Shown here: piece after piece, positions 30,453 through 40,792 of the stretch
Numbering within the stretch: position 1 is the stretch's first letter
Layout of the letters: each line of letters starts with the position of its first letter
Assembly (NCBI GenBank): GCA_963796275.1
Contig: CAWCKY010000006.1
Coordinates: 352,001 to 416,000, forward strand
Direction of reading: 5' to 3'
DNA from: an uncultured Acidobacteriota bacterium
Lineage (GTDB): Bacteria > Acidobacteriota > Blastocatellia > RBC074
DNA: 64,000 bases
Notes under the pieces: generated by a model
Database searches by the model: none
What the model saw: only the letters and a program-made list of their open reading frames with translations
Told to the model about the DNA's origin: nothing
Made by a program: the position numbers and the translations under genes

Positions 30453-31724
30453 TTAAAATGTTCCCGCGATCACTGTCGCTGCCACCTCAGGATGGAGATA
30501 TTTGCGGATCGCTTCGTCGATTTGTCGTTTGGTCAGAGAAGCGATCAGGGAAGGGAACTCGTCCAGATACTTCACCCCCAGTCCGAAAAGTTCCGCGCTC
30601 GCTATCTGGCCAGCCATCCCGCCGTTGGTTGCCAGGCCGATTTTATAGGATCCAATAGAGGATGATTGTTCATCCTTCAACTCGTCTTCGCGGATGCCGT
30701 TAGCGATATAGTCGCGAACGATCTCCTGTGTGGTATCGATTGCCAGCTCGATATTATGCGGAGCCACGGTGACTCCGATGGTGAACGGACCGTCGCCGAT
30801 GCCGGATTCACCGAGGCTCGAATGTATACCGTAAGTCAGTCCCATCTCGTCGCGCACCTTCAATCCGAGGCGCGATGACAGGGTCGACTGACCGAGTGCG
30901 CTGTTGGCAATTCTCGCTGGCAGATAGTCCGGGTTTGCGCGTCGCAGCCGTGAAGCGTGACCTATGAAGATGTCACAGTTCGCTTTGTCTTTCATCGGCA
31001 CGACCTCGCGCCGCGCTTCCGTTAACAGAGGCGTCTCTGGGAGGTTTATCTCGGTGGCGGGAGCCCCTATCCAATCGCCCAGGTTCTCCTCGACTGTCGC
31101 GCGAACCCGGTCAGCCTCCACATCGCCGACGACCGCAATGATCATCGTGGCCGAACCGTAATGTCTACGATAGAACTCCTTCAGATCGTCGGTAATAATC
31201 GTCTCGACTTGTTGAATAAGTTTTTCTGCCGGGAGGTGATGAAACGGATTGCCTTCCCGGTAAAGGATCTGGCTAAGTCTCTCGTAAGCGCGAACTCGCG
31301 TCTCATCCTGGTCTTCCCATATGCTGGCTATGATTCGTTGCTTGAGTTTTTCCAGCTCTTCGGCAGGGAAGGATGGCTCGCGCAGTTCTTCGGCCAATGT
31401 CGAGATGATCAGGGGAAAATCGCAGCTCAGCGACTGCCCCGTTAAAGACACGGTGAAAGTGTTAGATGAGATGCCCATCCGCGCACCCGCGAATTCCAGG
31501 CCCTCTGCAATCTCGAGCTTACTGCGTCTGGTCGTACCCTTATTGAGCATGCTTGCGGTGATGCTCGAAAGGCCCTCTTTGACGGGTGGGTTGAAAAATG
31601 CCCCCGCGATGAGATAACCGGAGATTGAGACCGTGGGGTTCGCATGATTTTCGAGCACGAACAGCTTAATACCATTTGAAAGCTGAAAACGTTTAGTGCG
31701 TGAAGCAAAAGAGTTATTACTCAT
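30453..31724 (-). CDS. M16-family peptidase, non-catalytic subunit
   Basis: LSNGIKL, lacks HxxEH (ITASMLNKGT), SSRLGLKVRDEMGLTY. Confidence 0.88.
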   Translation of the reverse strand: MSNNSFASRTKRFQLSNGIKLFVLENHANPTVSISGYLIAGAFFNPPVKEGLSSITASMLNKGTTRRSKLEIAEGLEFAGARMGISSNTFTVSLTGQSLSCDFPLIISTLAEELREPSFPAEELEKLKQRIIASIWEDQDETRVRAYERLSQILYREGNPFHHLPAEKLIQQVETIITDDLKEFYRRHYGSATMIIAVVGDVEADRVRATVEENLGDWIGAPATEINLPETPLLTEARREVVPMKDKANCDIFIGHASRLRRANPDYLPARIANSALGQSTLSSRLGLKVRDEMGLTYGIHSSLGESGIGDGPFTIGVTVAPHNIELAIDTTQEIVRDYIANGIREDELKDEQSSSIGSYKIGLATNGGMAGQIASAELFGLGVKYLDEFPSLIASLTKRQIDEAIRKYLHPEVAATVIAGTF

Positions 31725-31726
31725 AA

Positions 31727-33007
31727 TTACGGCTTTTCTTCTTTCGGTATGAAATATCCGATAGTCCGATTATCGTCGGTGAAATAAGTATTAGCTACCC
31801 GTTTGATGTCAGCCGATGTGACCTGGGCCATCATCTTCGGTAGATCGACGTAAAACCGCCAATCGGCGACGGCTTCGGCCTCGCCGATCGCGCTGACTAC
31901 ACCGAACGGGCTATCACGCAAATATATTAATTGCGTAAGAATAATGTTCTTTGCTTTTTGCAATTCCTTGTCGGAGACCTCTTCAGTCTTCAGCTTTTCA
32001 ACCACTTCGATCGCGGCTTTCTCGGCCGCGTCGTGTCCTACGCCGGGGCGTAGCGTGATGTCGATCGTGAACATTCCCGGATCGATGAACTGATATGATT
32101 GTGCGCCTGCGTCGATCGCTATCTGGGTCTCGACCAGCGCCTGATAGAGGCGCGATGTGATGCCCGCTGAGAGGATATGATCGAGCACCGTAATTGCAGC
32201 GGTATCAGTATGCCCGGTTTCAGGGATGTGCCATCCCATCTCAACGATTCCGAGTTGGCCGGACCGGCGAAGGACGAAGCGGATTTCGCCTTCCTGCGGC
32301 GGTTCGGTCGTGTACATAGACGGAATCGGATCGGACGATGGCGGAATTTTGCCGAAGCGACGGGCGATCAGGTCGAGCGCAGAACGCTCTTCGAAGTCTC
32401 CGACCAGAATCGCGGTCGCGTTGTTCGGATGATAGTAGGTGTCATAAAACTCTTTCAGGCGGGAAGTCGGCATGCCCTCGACATCCGATCGCCAGCCGAT
32501 AGTGGGATGGTGGTAAGGATGTTCGCGAAAAGCCATCGCCCATAAACGGTCGTGCAGGATGCGCGCCGGGTCATTCTCGCCTCGTTCGAGCTCGTTTCGT
32601 ACGACGGTCATCTCAGACTGGCGATCTTCGTCGGCAATGAATGAATTGCGCATGCGGTCGGCCTCGAGATGGATCGCCAGCTCGAGCTGATCACTCGGCA
32701 GCATTTCATAATAGCGCGTTCGATCGAACCACGTGTCGGCATTGAAGACGGCCCCTTGTTTCTGGAGGGTGGCGGCGATCTGCGTGCCATTCTTTTTGTT
32801 GAAAGTCGGCGTGCCTTTGAAGAGCATGTGCTCGAGCAGATGCGTGGCGCCCGTGTGTCCTACTGCTTCGTTGCGGGAGCCAACGCGATAGACGACCATA
32901 AACGCCACCACCGGTGCCGCGCGCCGCTCGACGAGCAGGACTTTGAGGTCGTTAGATTTGAGCTTGTATTCGATGATTCCATCGTGTTCGGCAATTTTGG
33001 TAAACAT
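31727..33007 (-). CDS. M16-family zinc peptidase, catalytic subunit
   Basis: VGSRNE..GATHLLEHMLFKGT (HxxEH), LEADRM, HPYHHPTIGW, YYHPNNA. Confidence 0.92.
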   Translation of the reverse strand: MFTKIAEHDGIIEYKLKSNDLKVLLVERRAAPVVAFMVVYRVGSRNEAVGHTGATHLLEHMLFKGTPTFNKKNGTQIAATLQKQGAVFNADTWFDRTRYYEMLPSDQLELAIHLEADRMRNSFIADEDRQSEMTVVRNELERGENDPARILHDRLWAMAFREHPYHHPTIGWRSDVEGMPTSRLKEFYDTYYHPNNATAILVGDFEERSALDLIARRFGKIPPSSDPIPSMYTTEPPQEGEIRFVLRRSGQLGIVEMGWHIPETGHTDTAAITVLDHILSAGITSRLYQALVETQIAIDAGAQSYQFIDPGMFTIDITLRPGVGHDAAEKAAIEVVEKLKTEEVSDKELQKAKNIILTQLIYLRDSPFGVVSAIGEAEAVADWRFYVDLPKMMAQVTSADIKRVANTYFTDDNRTIGYFIPKEEKP

Positions 33008-33030
33008 ATATTCCTTGTCTCACGCGATCC

Positions 33031-33107
33031 GACCGCGTGCGGTAGCGAGAGAGCCCTATTCGATGACCGATTGACGATGACTCGCTCGTTGCCGCGCGCG
33101 CTACTGA
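33031..33107. repeat. Degenerate REP-like inverted repeat between hemE and the M16 genes
   Basis: ACCGCGTGCGGTAGCGAG ... CTCGTTGCCGCGCGCGCTACTGA, an imperfect inverted pair. Confidence 0.45.
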
Positions 33108-34169
33108 TCACGCGACTTCTTTGATCCCTGCCTTGGCCGCTTCGATAAAAGCCTTCGCGTTCCCCACCGGAACCATCGGCATAATCCCGTGACCCAGGTT
33201 CATAATATGTCCGACCGGACCGACTTTCTTCAGAACCTCGCGCACTCCCTCAGCAATCGTTTCCGGCGTGCCGAGTAAGGCACACGGATCGAGGTTTCCC
33301 TGCAGCGCGATATTTTCAAATCCTGCCGCGTCTAACCGGCGCCTGGCATCCGCAATGTCGATTCGCCAATCGACGCTCAATGCGTTCGCTCCGGATTCCG
33401 CCATCTTTTCGAGGATGTGGCTGCATCCGTTGACGTAGAGGATCGCCGGCACGCCGAGGCCTTCGGGACCGCGGTGCAATTTCTCGAAGACCTTCTGCTG
33501 GTATGGCAATGCGAACTCTTCGTAATCTGCCGCCGATAAGTCTCCGGCCCAGGTGTCGAAAAGTTGTACGACCTGTGCCCCGGCTTCAATCTGAGCATTG
33601 AGATAATCGGTGACGGTGACTGCGAGCTTCTCGAGCAGTTCGTGCAGCAGGACCGGGTTGCCGAACATCATTCGCTTGATCTCCGTGTAATTTCGCGTGG
33701 TGCCGCCCTCGATCATATAAGATGCGAGGGTGTATGGTGCGCCGGCGAACCCGATCAATGGCGCTTCGTTGCTGAGTTCATTGCGCAGCAACCGAATGAC
33801 GTTCATAACGAATCCGGTTTTATCCAGCGGATCGGGAACGATCAGTTTTTCTATCTGGCCCTTTGTGCGGATCGGATTCTCGAGCACGGGGCCTTTACTC
33901 TCGATAATGTCCAGTTTCATTCCCATCGCCTCAACCGGAATGAGGATATCGGAGAACATTATCACTGCATCGACACTGAGAATGCGATAAGGCTGCATCG
34001 ACACTTCAGCGGCGAGTTCAGGTGTTTTGCATAAGGTCAGGAAATCAGTTTTACCGCGAATGGCGCGGTATTCAGGCAGATATCGCCCCGCCTGCCGCAT
34101 CATCCAAACGGGAGCGCGGTCGATATCCTGGAAGCGGCAAGCGCGAAGTAAACGGTCATTCTTCATCAT
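33108..34169 (-). CDS. hemE: Uroporphyrinogen decarboxylase
   Basis: PVWMMRQAGRYLPEYR, FSDIL, LIGFAGAPYTLASY, QGNLDP, NLGHGI. Confidence 0.97.
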   Translation of the reverse strand: MMKNDRLLRACRFQDIDRAPVWMMRQAGRYLPEYRAIRGKTDFLTLCKTPELAAEVSMQPYRILSVDAVIMFSDILIPVEAMGMKLDIIESKGPVLENPIRTKGQIEKLIVPDPLDKTGFVMNVIRLLRNELSNEAPLIGFAGAPYTLASYMIEGGTTRNYTEIKRMMFGNPVLLHELLEKLAVTVTDYLNAQIEAGAQVVQLFDTWAGDLSAADYEEFALPYQQKVFEKLHRGPEGLGVPAILYVNGCSHILEKMAESGANALSVDWRIDIADARRRLDAAGFENIALQGNLDPCALLGTPETIAEGVREVLKKVGPVGHIMNLGHGIMPMVPVGNAKAFIEAAKAGIKEVA

Positions 34170-34319
34170 TTAGATTTATCTTGGCATTTATATCGGTAAT
34201 CATGGAAACGGATAAACCCGGAGTTATATTAGTGAATAATCCATGGATTCCGCTAAACCTGCACCTATATCTGGTTAATCGGTCACGATGTGTTTGTGAT
34301 TTGATCTTGTCCGCCAATC

Positions 34320-35315
34320 TCAAATTTTGGATTTCAAATCTTCTATGATCTGCCCGCCATGAAAGCGGCCATTTTCGATAAATATCTTGCCGGTATCTTT
34401 ACCCGCAGTGACCACGCCGGCCAAATAAATCCCCGGCACGTTCGATTCAAGCGTTGCCGGATCGAATGCCGGTTTCATCGTGCCGGGATCGATTGTGATC
34501 CCGAGCGCGCGCAGAAAATCGTTGTCAGTGTGGTAGCCCGTCAGAGCGAAGACGAAATCATTGGGCAGTTCGCGTTCTTCATCCGAAACAAGGTTGCGCA
34601 TTCGAATGCTGTTCTGCCCTATCTCAGTGACGATGGTTTGGAAGTAAGCCTTGACCTCACCATTCTTGATGCGGTTTTCGATGTCGGGCATTATCCAGTA
34701 CTTGATGCCTTCGCGCAACTGCGCGTTGCGATGGATCAACGAGACGCGCGCGCCGTGCCGGTAAAGGTCCAGCGCAGCTATCGCAGCCGAGTTGGCTCCG
34801 CCGATCACCGCGACATCACGATTATAGAAAGGGTGGGCATCCTTGTAGTAATGCGATACTTTGGATGAGCTCTCCCCCGGGATGCCGATGATGTTGGGAT
34901 AATCGAAATAACCGATGGCTACTATGATCTTGCGCGCACGATAAGCGCGTTTTTCGGAGGTCGCTAACAGTGTAGTCTCGACCATGAAATCACCGTCTAT
35001 CCCCTTCACCCGCTCGACTTTTTCATACTGGTTGACCCGCAGACGGTATGTCTCGACGACGCGCCGATAATATTTGAGCGCTTCGATCCGATTTGGTTTC
35101 TCCCGTTCGGAGACGAAGGGCAGGTCGCCGATCTCGAGCAACTCCGGCGTAGTGAAGAAGACCAGCTGCGTCGGATAGTTGTAAAGCGAGTTGACGAGAC
35201 AGCCCTTTTCTAGTACGAGGTAATCGAGGCCTAAGCGCGAGACTTCGATGGCACAAGCCAATCCTGTCGGACCGCCGCCGATAACAATGACATCGAAAAT
35301 TGGTTTATCTGGCAT
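34320..35315 (-). CDS. ypdA: YpdA-family putative bacillithiol disulfide reductase
   Basis: GGGPTGLAC, EKGCLVNSLYNYP..LVFFTT.ELLEIG, EALKYYRRV, IFIENGRFH; no TrxR CxxC. Confidence 0.88.
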   Translation of the reverse strand: MPDKPIFDVIVIGGGPTGLACAIEVSRLGLDYLVLEKGCLVNSLYNYPTQLVFFTTPELLEIGDLPFVSEREKPNRIEALKYYRRVVETYRLRVNQYEKVERVKGIDGDFMVETTLLATSEKRAYRARKIIVAIGYFDYPNIIGIPGESSSKVSHYYKDAHPFYNRDVAVIGGANSAAIAALDLYRHGARVSLIHRNAQLREGIKYWIMPDIENRIKNGEVKAYFQTIVTEIGQNSIRMRNLVSDEERELPNDFVFALTGYHTDNDFLRALGITIDPGTMKPAFDPATLESNVPGIYLAGVVTAGKDTGKIFIENGRFHGGQIIEDLKSKI

Positions 35316-35350
35316 CGAGCTCGATAGATCCGGTCAGTTCATTCATCAGT

Positions 35351-36556
<1,206 letters not shown>

Positions 36557-36860
36557 TGTTTTAAGTTCCAGTCCTCCCGAAAAGATTATTGCTGAAAATG
36601 AGACCGATCATTATACACAACCCTTCTCCATAAATCGTATGCGGGTTTTAATAATTCTTCTAATGTGTTAATTAATATGGTGCCCCTACCGGTGCCCCCT
36701 ACCTTTGATTGTTCAAAGTGGATCATTTTTAAAAATCGATTAGGAAGCTCTGACATAAAATGCGCAACGAGGTTCCTCATAACCATCCTCATTGCGTGAT
36801 TGCGTCTTATAGCGGCTTAGTGTCCATACCGACCCCCGAATAAGTTAGGGAATAAGAGAC

Positions 36861-37394
36861 ATGGTTACGATTAATGCGAGTTGTACGGCGATATTTGTGT
36901 TTCTGTTTTCGATGATTGCCGGCGGGGGATTTCAAAACGAGGCGAAAGGGCCGGTGATCGATAGCGAAGAGCGATTGATGGTCGATATGATCAACGACTA
37001 TCGCGAAGAGCACGGGCTGGAGCGGCTTCAAACATCTATCGCGCTCACGCGCGCTGCCGACTGGATGACCAACGATATGGGCGCAAACGACATTTTCGGC
37101 CACACTGACAGTTTGGGGCGTGATCCGGGAGCGAGAATCGGTGCTTTCGGTTATAAAAACCACAGTTATCGAGGTGAGAACCTGGCGGCAGGATTCGCTG
37201 ATGCCGCGCGAACTTTCAAGCAATGGAAGGATTCGCCGTCACACAACGCAGCGATGCTCCATCCGAAGTTCAAAGTGATCGGGATCAGCCGCCTGAAGAA
37301 CGATTCCTCGCAATTCAAGTGGTACTGGGCGAGCGATTTCGGGGGGCACATCGATAAGACTTTCGAGGCGCTGCCGAATCAGGCCGGTCAATGA
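36861..37394 (+). CDS. CAP/SCP-domain secreted protein
   Basis: INDYREEHGL, FGHTDSLG, GENLAAG, WKDSPSHNAAML, YWASDFG. Confidence 0.88.
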   Translation: MVTINASCTAIFVFLFSMIAGGGFQNEAKGPVIDSEERLMVDMINDYREEHGLERLQTSIALTRAADWMTNDMGANDIFGHTDSLGRDPGARIGAFGYKNHSYRGENLAAGFADAARTFKQWKDSPSHNAAMLHPKFKVIGISRLKNDSSQFKWYWASDFGGHIDKTFEALPNQAGQ

Positions 37395-37479
37395 GCGATC
37401 GGTGAACAGGCAAGGATCGCGAAGAATCACAAAAAGCAAAAAAACTTTATGTTTCTGTGATTCTCTCGGCGATTTGCGC

Positions 37480-38952
37480 TTAGTACTTCGGCATCGTTCG
37501 ATCCACCTGATCCGCCCATCCCAGGATGCCACCCTTCAGGTTCTTGATCTTCTTGAACCCGGCCTTTTTCAATACTTCATAAGCCTTCGCGCTGCGCCCG
37601 CCCATTTTACAATGAACGACGATGTCATCTTCGGGGTTCAATTCGCTGGCGCGTTCTGCAAATTGGCCGAGTGGGATCAGGCGAGCTCCGTGGTTCTGCA
37701 GATTCGCTATCTGCCATTCGTGTGGTTCGCGCACGTCGATGATCGTCACCTGCTCACCCCGATCCAGCCTGTCCTTCAACTGTGCAGGCGAAATCTCCCA
37801 ATCGGAGCCCTCTGTCGCCTGCTCTTGCTCGGCATGCGGCGTAATGCCGCAGAACTGATCGTAATCGATCAACTCCTTGATCGTCGGGTGCTCGCCGCAG
37901 AGCGGGCATTCGGGATTACGCCGCAGCCTCAGCTCCTTGAACTTCATCTTGAGAGCATCGAAGAGCAGCAGGCGACCGATCAATGGTTCGCCCTGGCCTA
38001 TGATCAGCTTTATCGCTTCGGTCGCCTGAATGACCCCGATGATGCCCGGCAGGATTCCGAGCACTCCGCCTTCCGCGCACGAAGGCACGAGTCCCGGCGG
38101 CGGTGGTTCCGGGTACAGGCAGCGATAGCATGGCCCTCCGCCTTTGGGAAAAAAGACCGATGCCTGCCCGTCGAAGCGGAAAATGGACCCGTAAACATTG
38201 GGCTTGCCCAGCAATACGCTGGCATCGTTCACCAGATAGCGCGTTTGAAAGTTGTCTGTTCCATCGATGACGATGTCGTAATCTTTGATGATATCGAGCG
38301 CATTATCCGATCTAATCGCGAATTCGTAGCCATCGATACGTATGTGCGGGTTGATATCCGATAAGCGGTCAATAGCGGAGCGCAGTTTCGGCCGTCCGAC
38401 ATCTTTCGTGCCGTGTAGTACCTGGCGTTGCAGGTTGCTGTGATCGACGACGTCGAAATCGACGATGCCCAGCCGCCCGACACCAGCCGCGGCCAGGTAC
38501 AGGCCGAGCGGTGAGCCGAGCCCGCCCGCGCCGACGAGCAGAATGCTCGAAGCCTTGAGTTTTCGCTGACCCTCCATCCCGACTTCGGGCATTATCAGGT
38601 GACGGCTGTAACGGGCGATCTCATCTTTATTGAGGTCGGGCAGTGAAGCATCGCGAGCGTATAGTTCGGCTTCGGGCGCCGCGCCTCCCGCGATCGAAGG
38701 GATGATGCTGATATCGTCGCCGTCTTTGATCGGCGTCTCTTCGAGCTGCTTGTAGCGTATATCTTCGTCATTGACGTAGATGTTGACGAAGTTCCTGAGC
38801 TTGCCGTTGGCATCATACAGATGCTTTTTCAATTCGGGAAACTGCGCGGTCAAACTGGTGAGCGCTTGGCCTATGTTGTTTCCCTCGACTTGAACGGTAG
38901 CCTCTCCTCCAACCTGCTGACGGAGCGCCGTTGGAATTGAAATCTTTGGCAT
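37480..38952 (-). CDS. moeB: MoaD/CysO-like ubiquitin-like sulfur carrier fused to MoeB (E1) and rhodanese (MoeZ-type)
   Basis: N-terminal ISIPTALR...NIYVNDEDIR...IIPSIAGG; RYSRHLI, GAGGLGSP, SNLQRQ, CYRC, PSCAEGGV, CPLC; rhodanese HCKMGGRS. Confidence 0.92.
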   Translation of the reverse strand: MPKISIPTALRQQVGGEATVQVEGNNIGQALTSLTAQFPELKKHLYDANGKLRNFVNIYVNDEDIRYKQLEETPIKDGDDISIIPSIAGGAAPEAELYARDASLPDLNKDEIARYSRHLIMPEVGMEGQRKLKASSILLVGAGGLGSPLGLYLAAAGVGRLGIVDFDVVDHSNLQRQVLHGTKDVGRPKLRSAIDRLSDINPHIRIDGYEFAIRSDNALDIIKDYDIVIDGTDNFQTRYLVNDASVLLGKPNVYGSIFRFDGQASVFFPKGGGPCYRCLYPEPPPPGLVPSCAEGGVLGILPGIIGVIQATEAIKLIIGQGEPLIGRLLLFDALKMKFKELRLRRNPECPLCGEHPTIKELIDYDQFCGITPHAEQEQATEGSDWEISPAQLKDRLDRGEQVTIIDVREPHEWQIANLQNHGARLIPLGQFAERASELNPEDDIVVHCKMGGRSAKAYEVLKKAGFKKIKNLKGGILGWADQVDRTMPKY

Positions 38953-39030
38953 AAGTCGTCTCCTCAGAAAATAGTTTCAGTTTTATTGTCGGGCTGTTTC
39001 GCATTGACAACTAAAAACTAAAAACCAAAA

Positions 39031-39244
39031 GTAACCGCTCAGCCTCTTCGCCGCGTTAGCGGCGGTTGAGATTAGCCCTGGGTTTTAACCCACGGAAGGC
39101 TTGCCAGATATTCCCGCGTCGTGTTAGCGACGCAAGAATTCAACCGTCGCTGACGCGACGTGAAAAAAATCTACCGCGTCCGTGGGTTAAAACCCACGGC
39201 TACAATCAACCGCCGCTAACGCGGCGAAGAGGCTGAGCCGTTAC
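39031..39244. repeat. 214-bp REP/MITE-like nested palindromic element
   Basis: Long terminal inverted repeats GTAAC(C/G)GCTCAGCCTCTTCGCCGCGTTAGCGGCGGTTGA; inner palindromes CCGTGGGTTWWAACCCACGG and CGTCGCGTYAGCGACG-like. Confidence 0.88.
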
Positions 39245-39310
39245 GACTAAAAACTAAAAAACTAAAAAACTAAAATCTAAAATTTAAAATCTAAAATTTA
39301 AAATTTAAAA

Positions 39311-39730
39311 TTATACTATCGCTTCTTCATCAAACTGTGAACGATCTCCGCGCAATGACCATACGCGGAGACCCGCGGCTTTTCCATCGCGTACCGATAC
39401 GATCAGATATGACCATTCGGTGAAAGGAGCGTGCTCGAGGTCGAACCCCGACGGCACGGCCGGGTGATCGGGATGCGAATGGTAATAACCCCACACCCCA
39501 AGCCCTCTTTTCGCCGCTTCACGCTCGGCGCGCGCGTAATCGAGCGGATCGATTTCGACGCGATTGTGACGCGAATCCTTGCGAATATTTGCGAGCGGCA
39601 AAACTTCGCGAACCGCCAGCGCGCCGCCCTCTACGACGCCCAGAAGCAGTCCTCCGCATTCCTCCGGATATGTCCGCTCGCCGTGGTTTTTAATAGCTTC
39701 TATGTGGTCGTTGGAGAGTTTGGCTTTCAT
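39311..39730 (-). CDS. JAB/Mov34 (M67) metallopeptidase, Mec/CysO-cysteine peptidase-like
   Basis: YPEECGGLLLG, GYYHSHPDHPAVPSGFD (JAMM HxHx7Sx2D). Confidence 0.93.
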   Translation of the reverse strand: MKAKLSNDHIEAIKNHGERTYPEECGGLLLGVVEGGALAVREVLPLANIRKDSRHNRVEIDPLDYARAEREAAKRGLGVWGYYHSHPDHPAVPSGFDLEHAPFTEWSYLIVSVRDGKAAGLRVWSLRGDRSQFDEEAIV

Positions 39731-39733
39731 CGG

Positions 39734-40669
39734 TCAATCATCCCAAAATTTTTCGGTCAAGTACTTGCTGCCGTCATCGCACAGAACGGTAACAAGCACG
39801 CCTTCGTCGATTCGCTCCGCGATTTTTATAGCCGCGGCGACATTGGCCGCTGCAGAGATGCCCACGAACCATCCTTCGCTTCGCACGAGCTGTTTCGCCA
39901 TTGCGTGAGCTTCTTCGGTTCCGATCGTGACCTGCTCGTCGGCAAATGCCGGATCATAGATGCCGGGTACGATCGCCGTCTCCATATGCTTCAGACCTTC
40001 CAGGCCGTGGAACGGTGAATCGGGCTCCATCGAGATTAACTGCACGCCGGGTTTTAGTTCGCGCAAGCGGCGGCCGGCGCCCATAAACGTCCCGCTAGTT
40101 CCCAGACCCGCGATGAAATGCGTGATGCGGCCATCCGTCTGTTCGAATATCTCCACGCCCGTAGTTTCGTAGTGCGCTCGCCAGTTGGCCGGATTGTTGT
40201 ATTGATCGGGATAAAAATATTTGTCCGGTTCGGCTGCTACGATTTCGCGTACTGCGAGGATTGCGCCGTCCGAGCCGGCGAGCGGGTCGGTCAATATGAG
40301 TTCTGCGCCGTAAGCCCGCAGTATACGCTTGCGCTCCTCGCTGGCGTTCTTCGGAAGACACAGCTTGACGCGGTAGCCGAGAGCGGCGGCGATAATGGCA
40401 TAAGCGATTCCCGTATTACCGCTCGTAGAGTCGATAATGGTTTTGTCCCGGGTGAGCGCCCCAGAGCGCTCGCCCTCGCGTATCATTCGCAGCGCCGGCC
40501 GATCTTTGACCGACCCTCCCGGATTCGCCCACTCAGCTTTGCCATAGATCTCAACTCGAGGGTTCTCAACCAGACGTTGGAGTTTGATCAAAGGCGTGTT
40601 TCCGATTAGGTCGAGTAGGAATGCGGGAGCGCCGTTAGCAGCAACAACAACAGCACTTGGTAGAGGCAT
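39734..40669 (-). CDS. cysM: PLP-dependent cysteine synthase (CysM-type)
   Basis: LIGNTPL, KAEWANPGGSVKDR, STSGNTG, DQYNNPAN, GLGTSGT, GLEGLKHM; start codon uncertain (see findings). Confidence 0.88.
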   Translation of the reverse strand: MPLPSAVVVAANGAPAFLLDLIGNTPLIKLQRLVENPRVEIYGKAEWANPGGSVKDRPALRMIREGERSGALTRDKTIIDSTSGNTGIAYAIIAAALGYRVKLCLPKNASEERKRILRAYGAELILTDPLAGSDGAILAVREIVAAEPDKYFYPDQYNNPANWRAHYETTGVEIFEQTDGRITHFIAGLGTSGTFMGAGRRLRELKPGVQLISMEPDSPFHGLEGLKHMETAIVPGIYDPAFADEQVTIGTEEAHAMAKQLVRSEGWFVGISAAANVAAAIKIAERIDEGVLVTVLCDDGSKYLTEKFWDD

Positions 40670-40736
40670 AACAGATTGAGCTTGCGACTCGGTTCATCAG
40701 TATTTCGATATGCAGTATTCGATCTGCGATAATCAT
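40635..40736 (-). CDS. Poly-cysteine leader peptide (33 aa) overlapping the cysM start
   Basis: Translated by hand: MIIADRILHIEILMNRVASSICYASTKCCCCCC* (TGC TGT TGT TGT TGC TGC TAA), directly downstream of a sigma-70 promoter. Confidence 0.8.
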   Translation of the reverse strand: MIIADRILHIEILMNRVASSICYASTKCCCCCC

Positions 40737-40763
40737 AAATCAAATATAGCTATTACAGAGAGC

Positions 40764-40792
40764 ATCATAGACCAGGTGGGTCGATACTTCAA
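40764..40792 (-). promoter_or_regulatory. Sigma-70 promoter of the cys operon with an overlapping GAC-N7-GTC (Rrf2-like) palindrome
   Basis: Minus strand TTGAAG-N17-TATGAT; the spacer contains GAC-CCACCTG-GTC. Confidence 0.65.
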
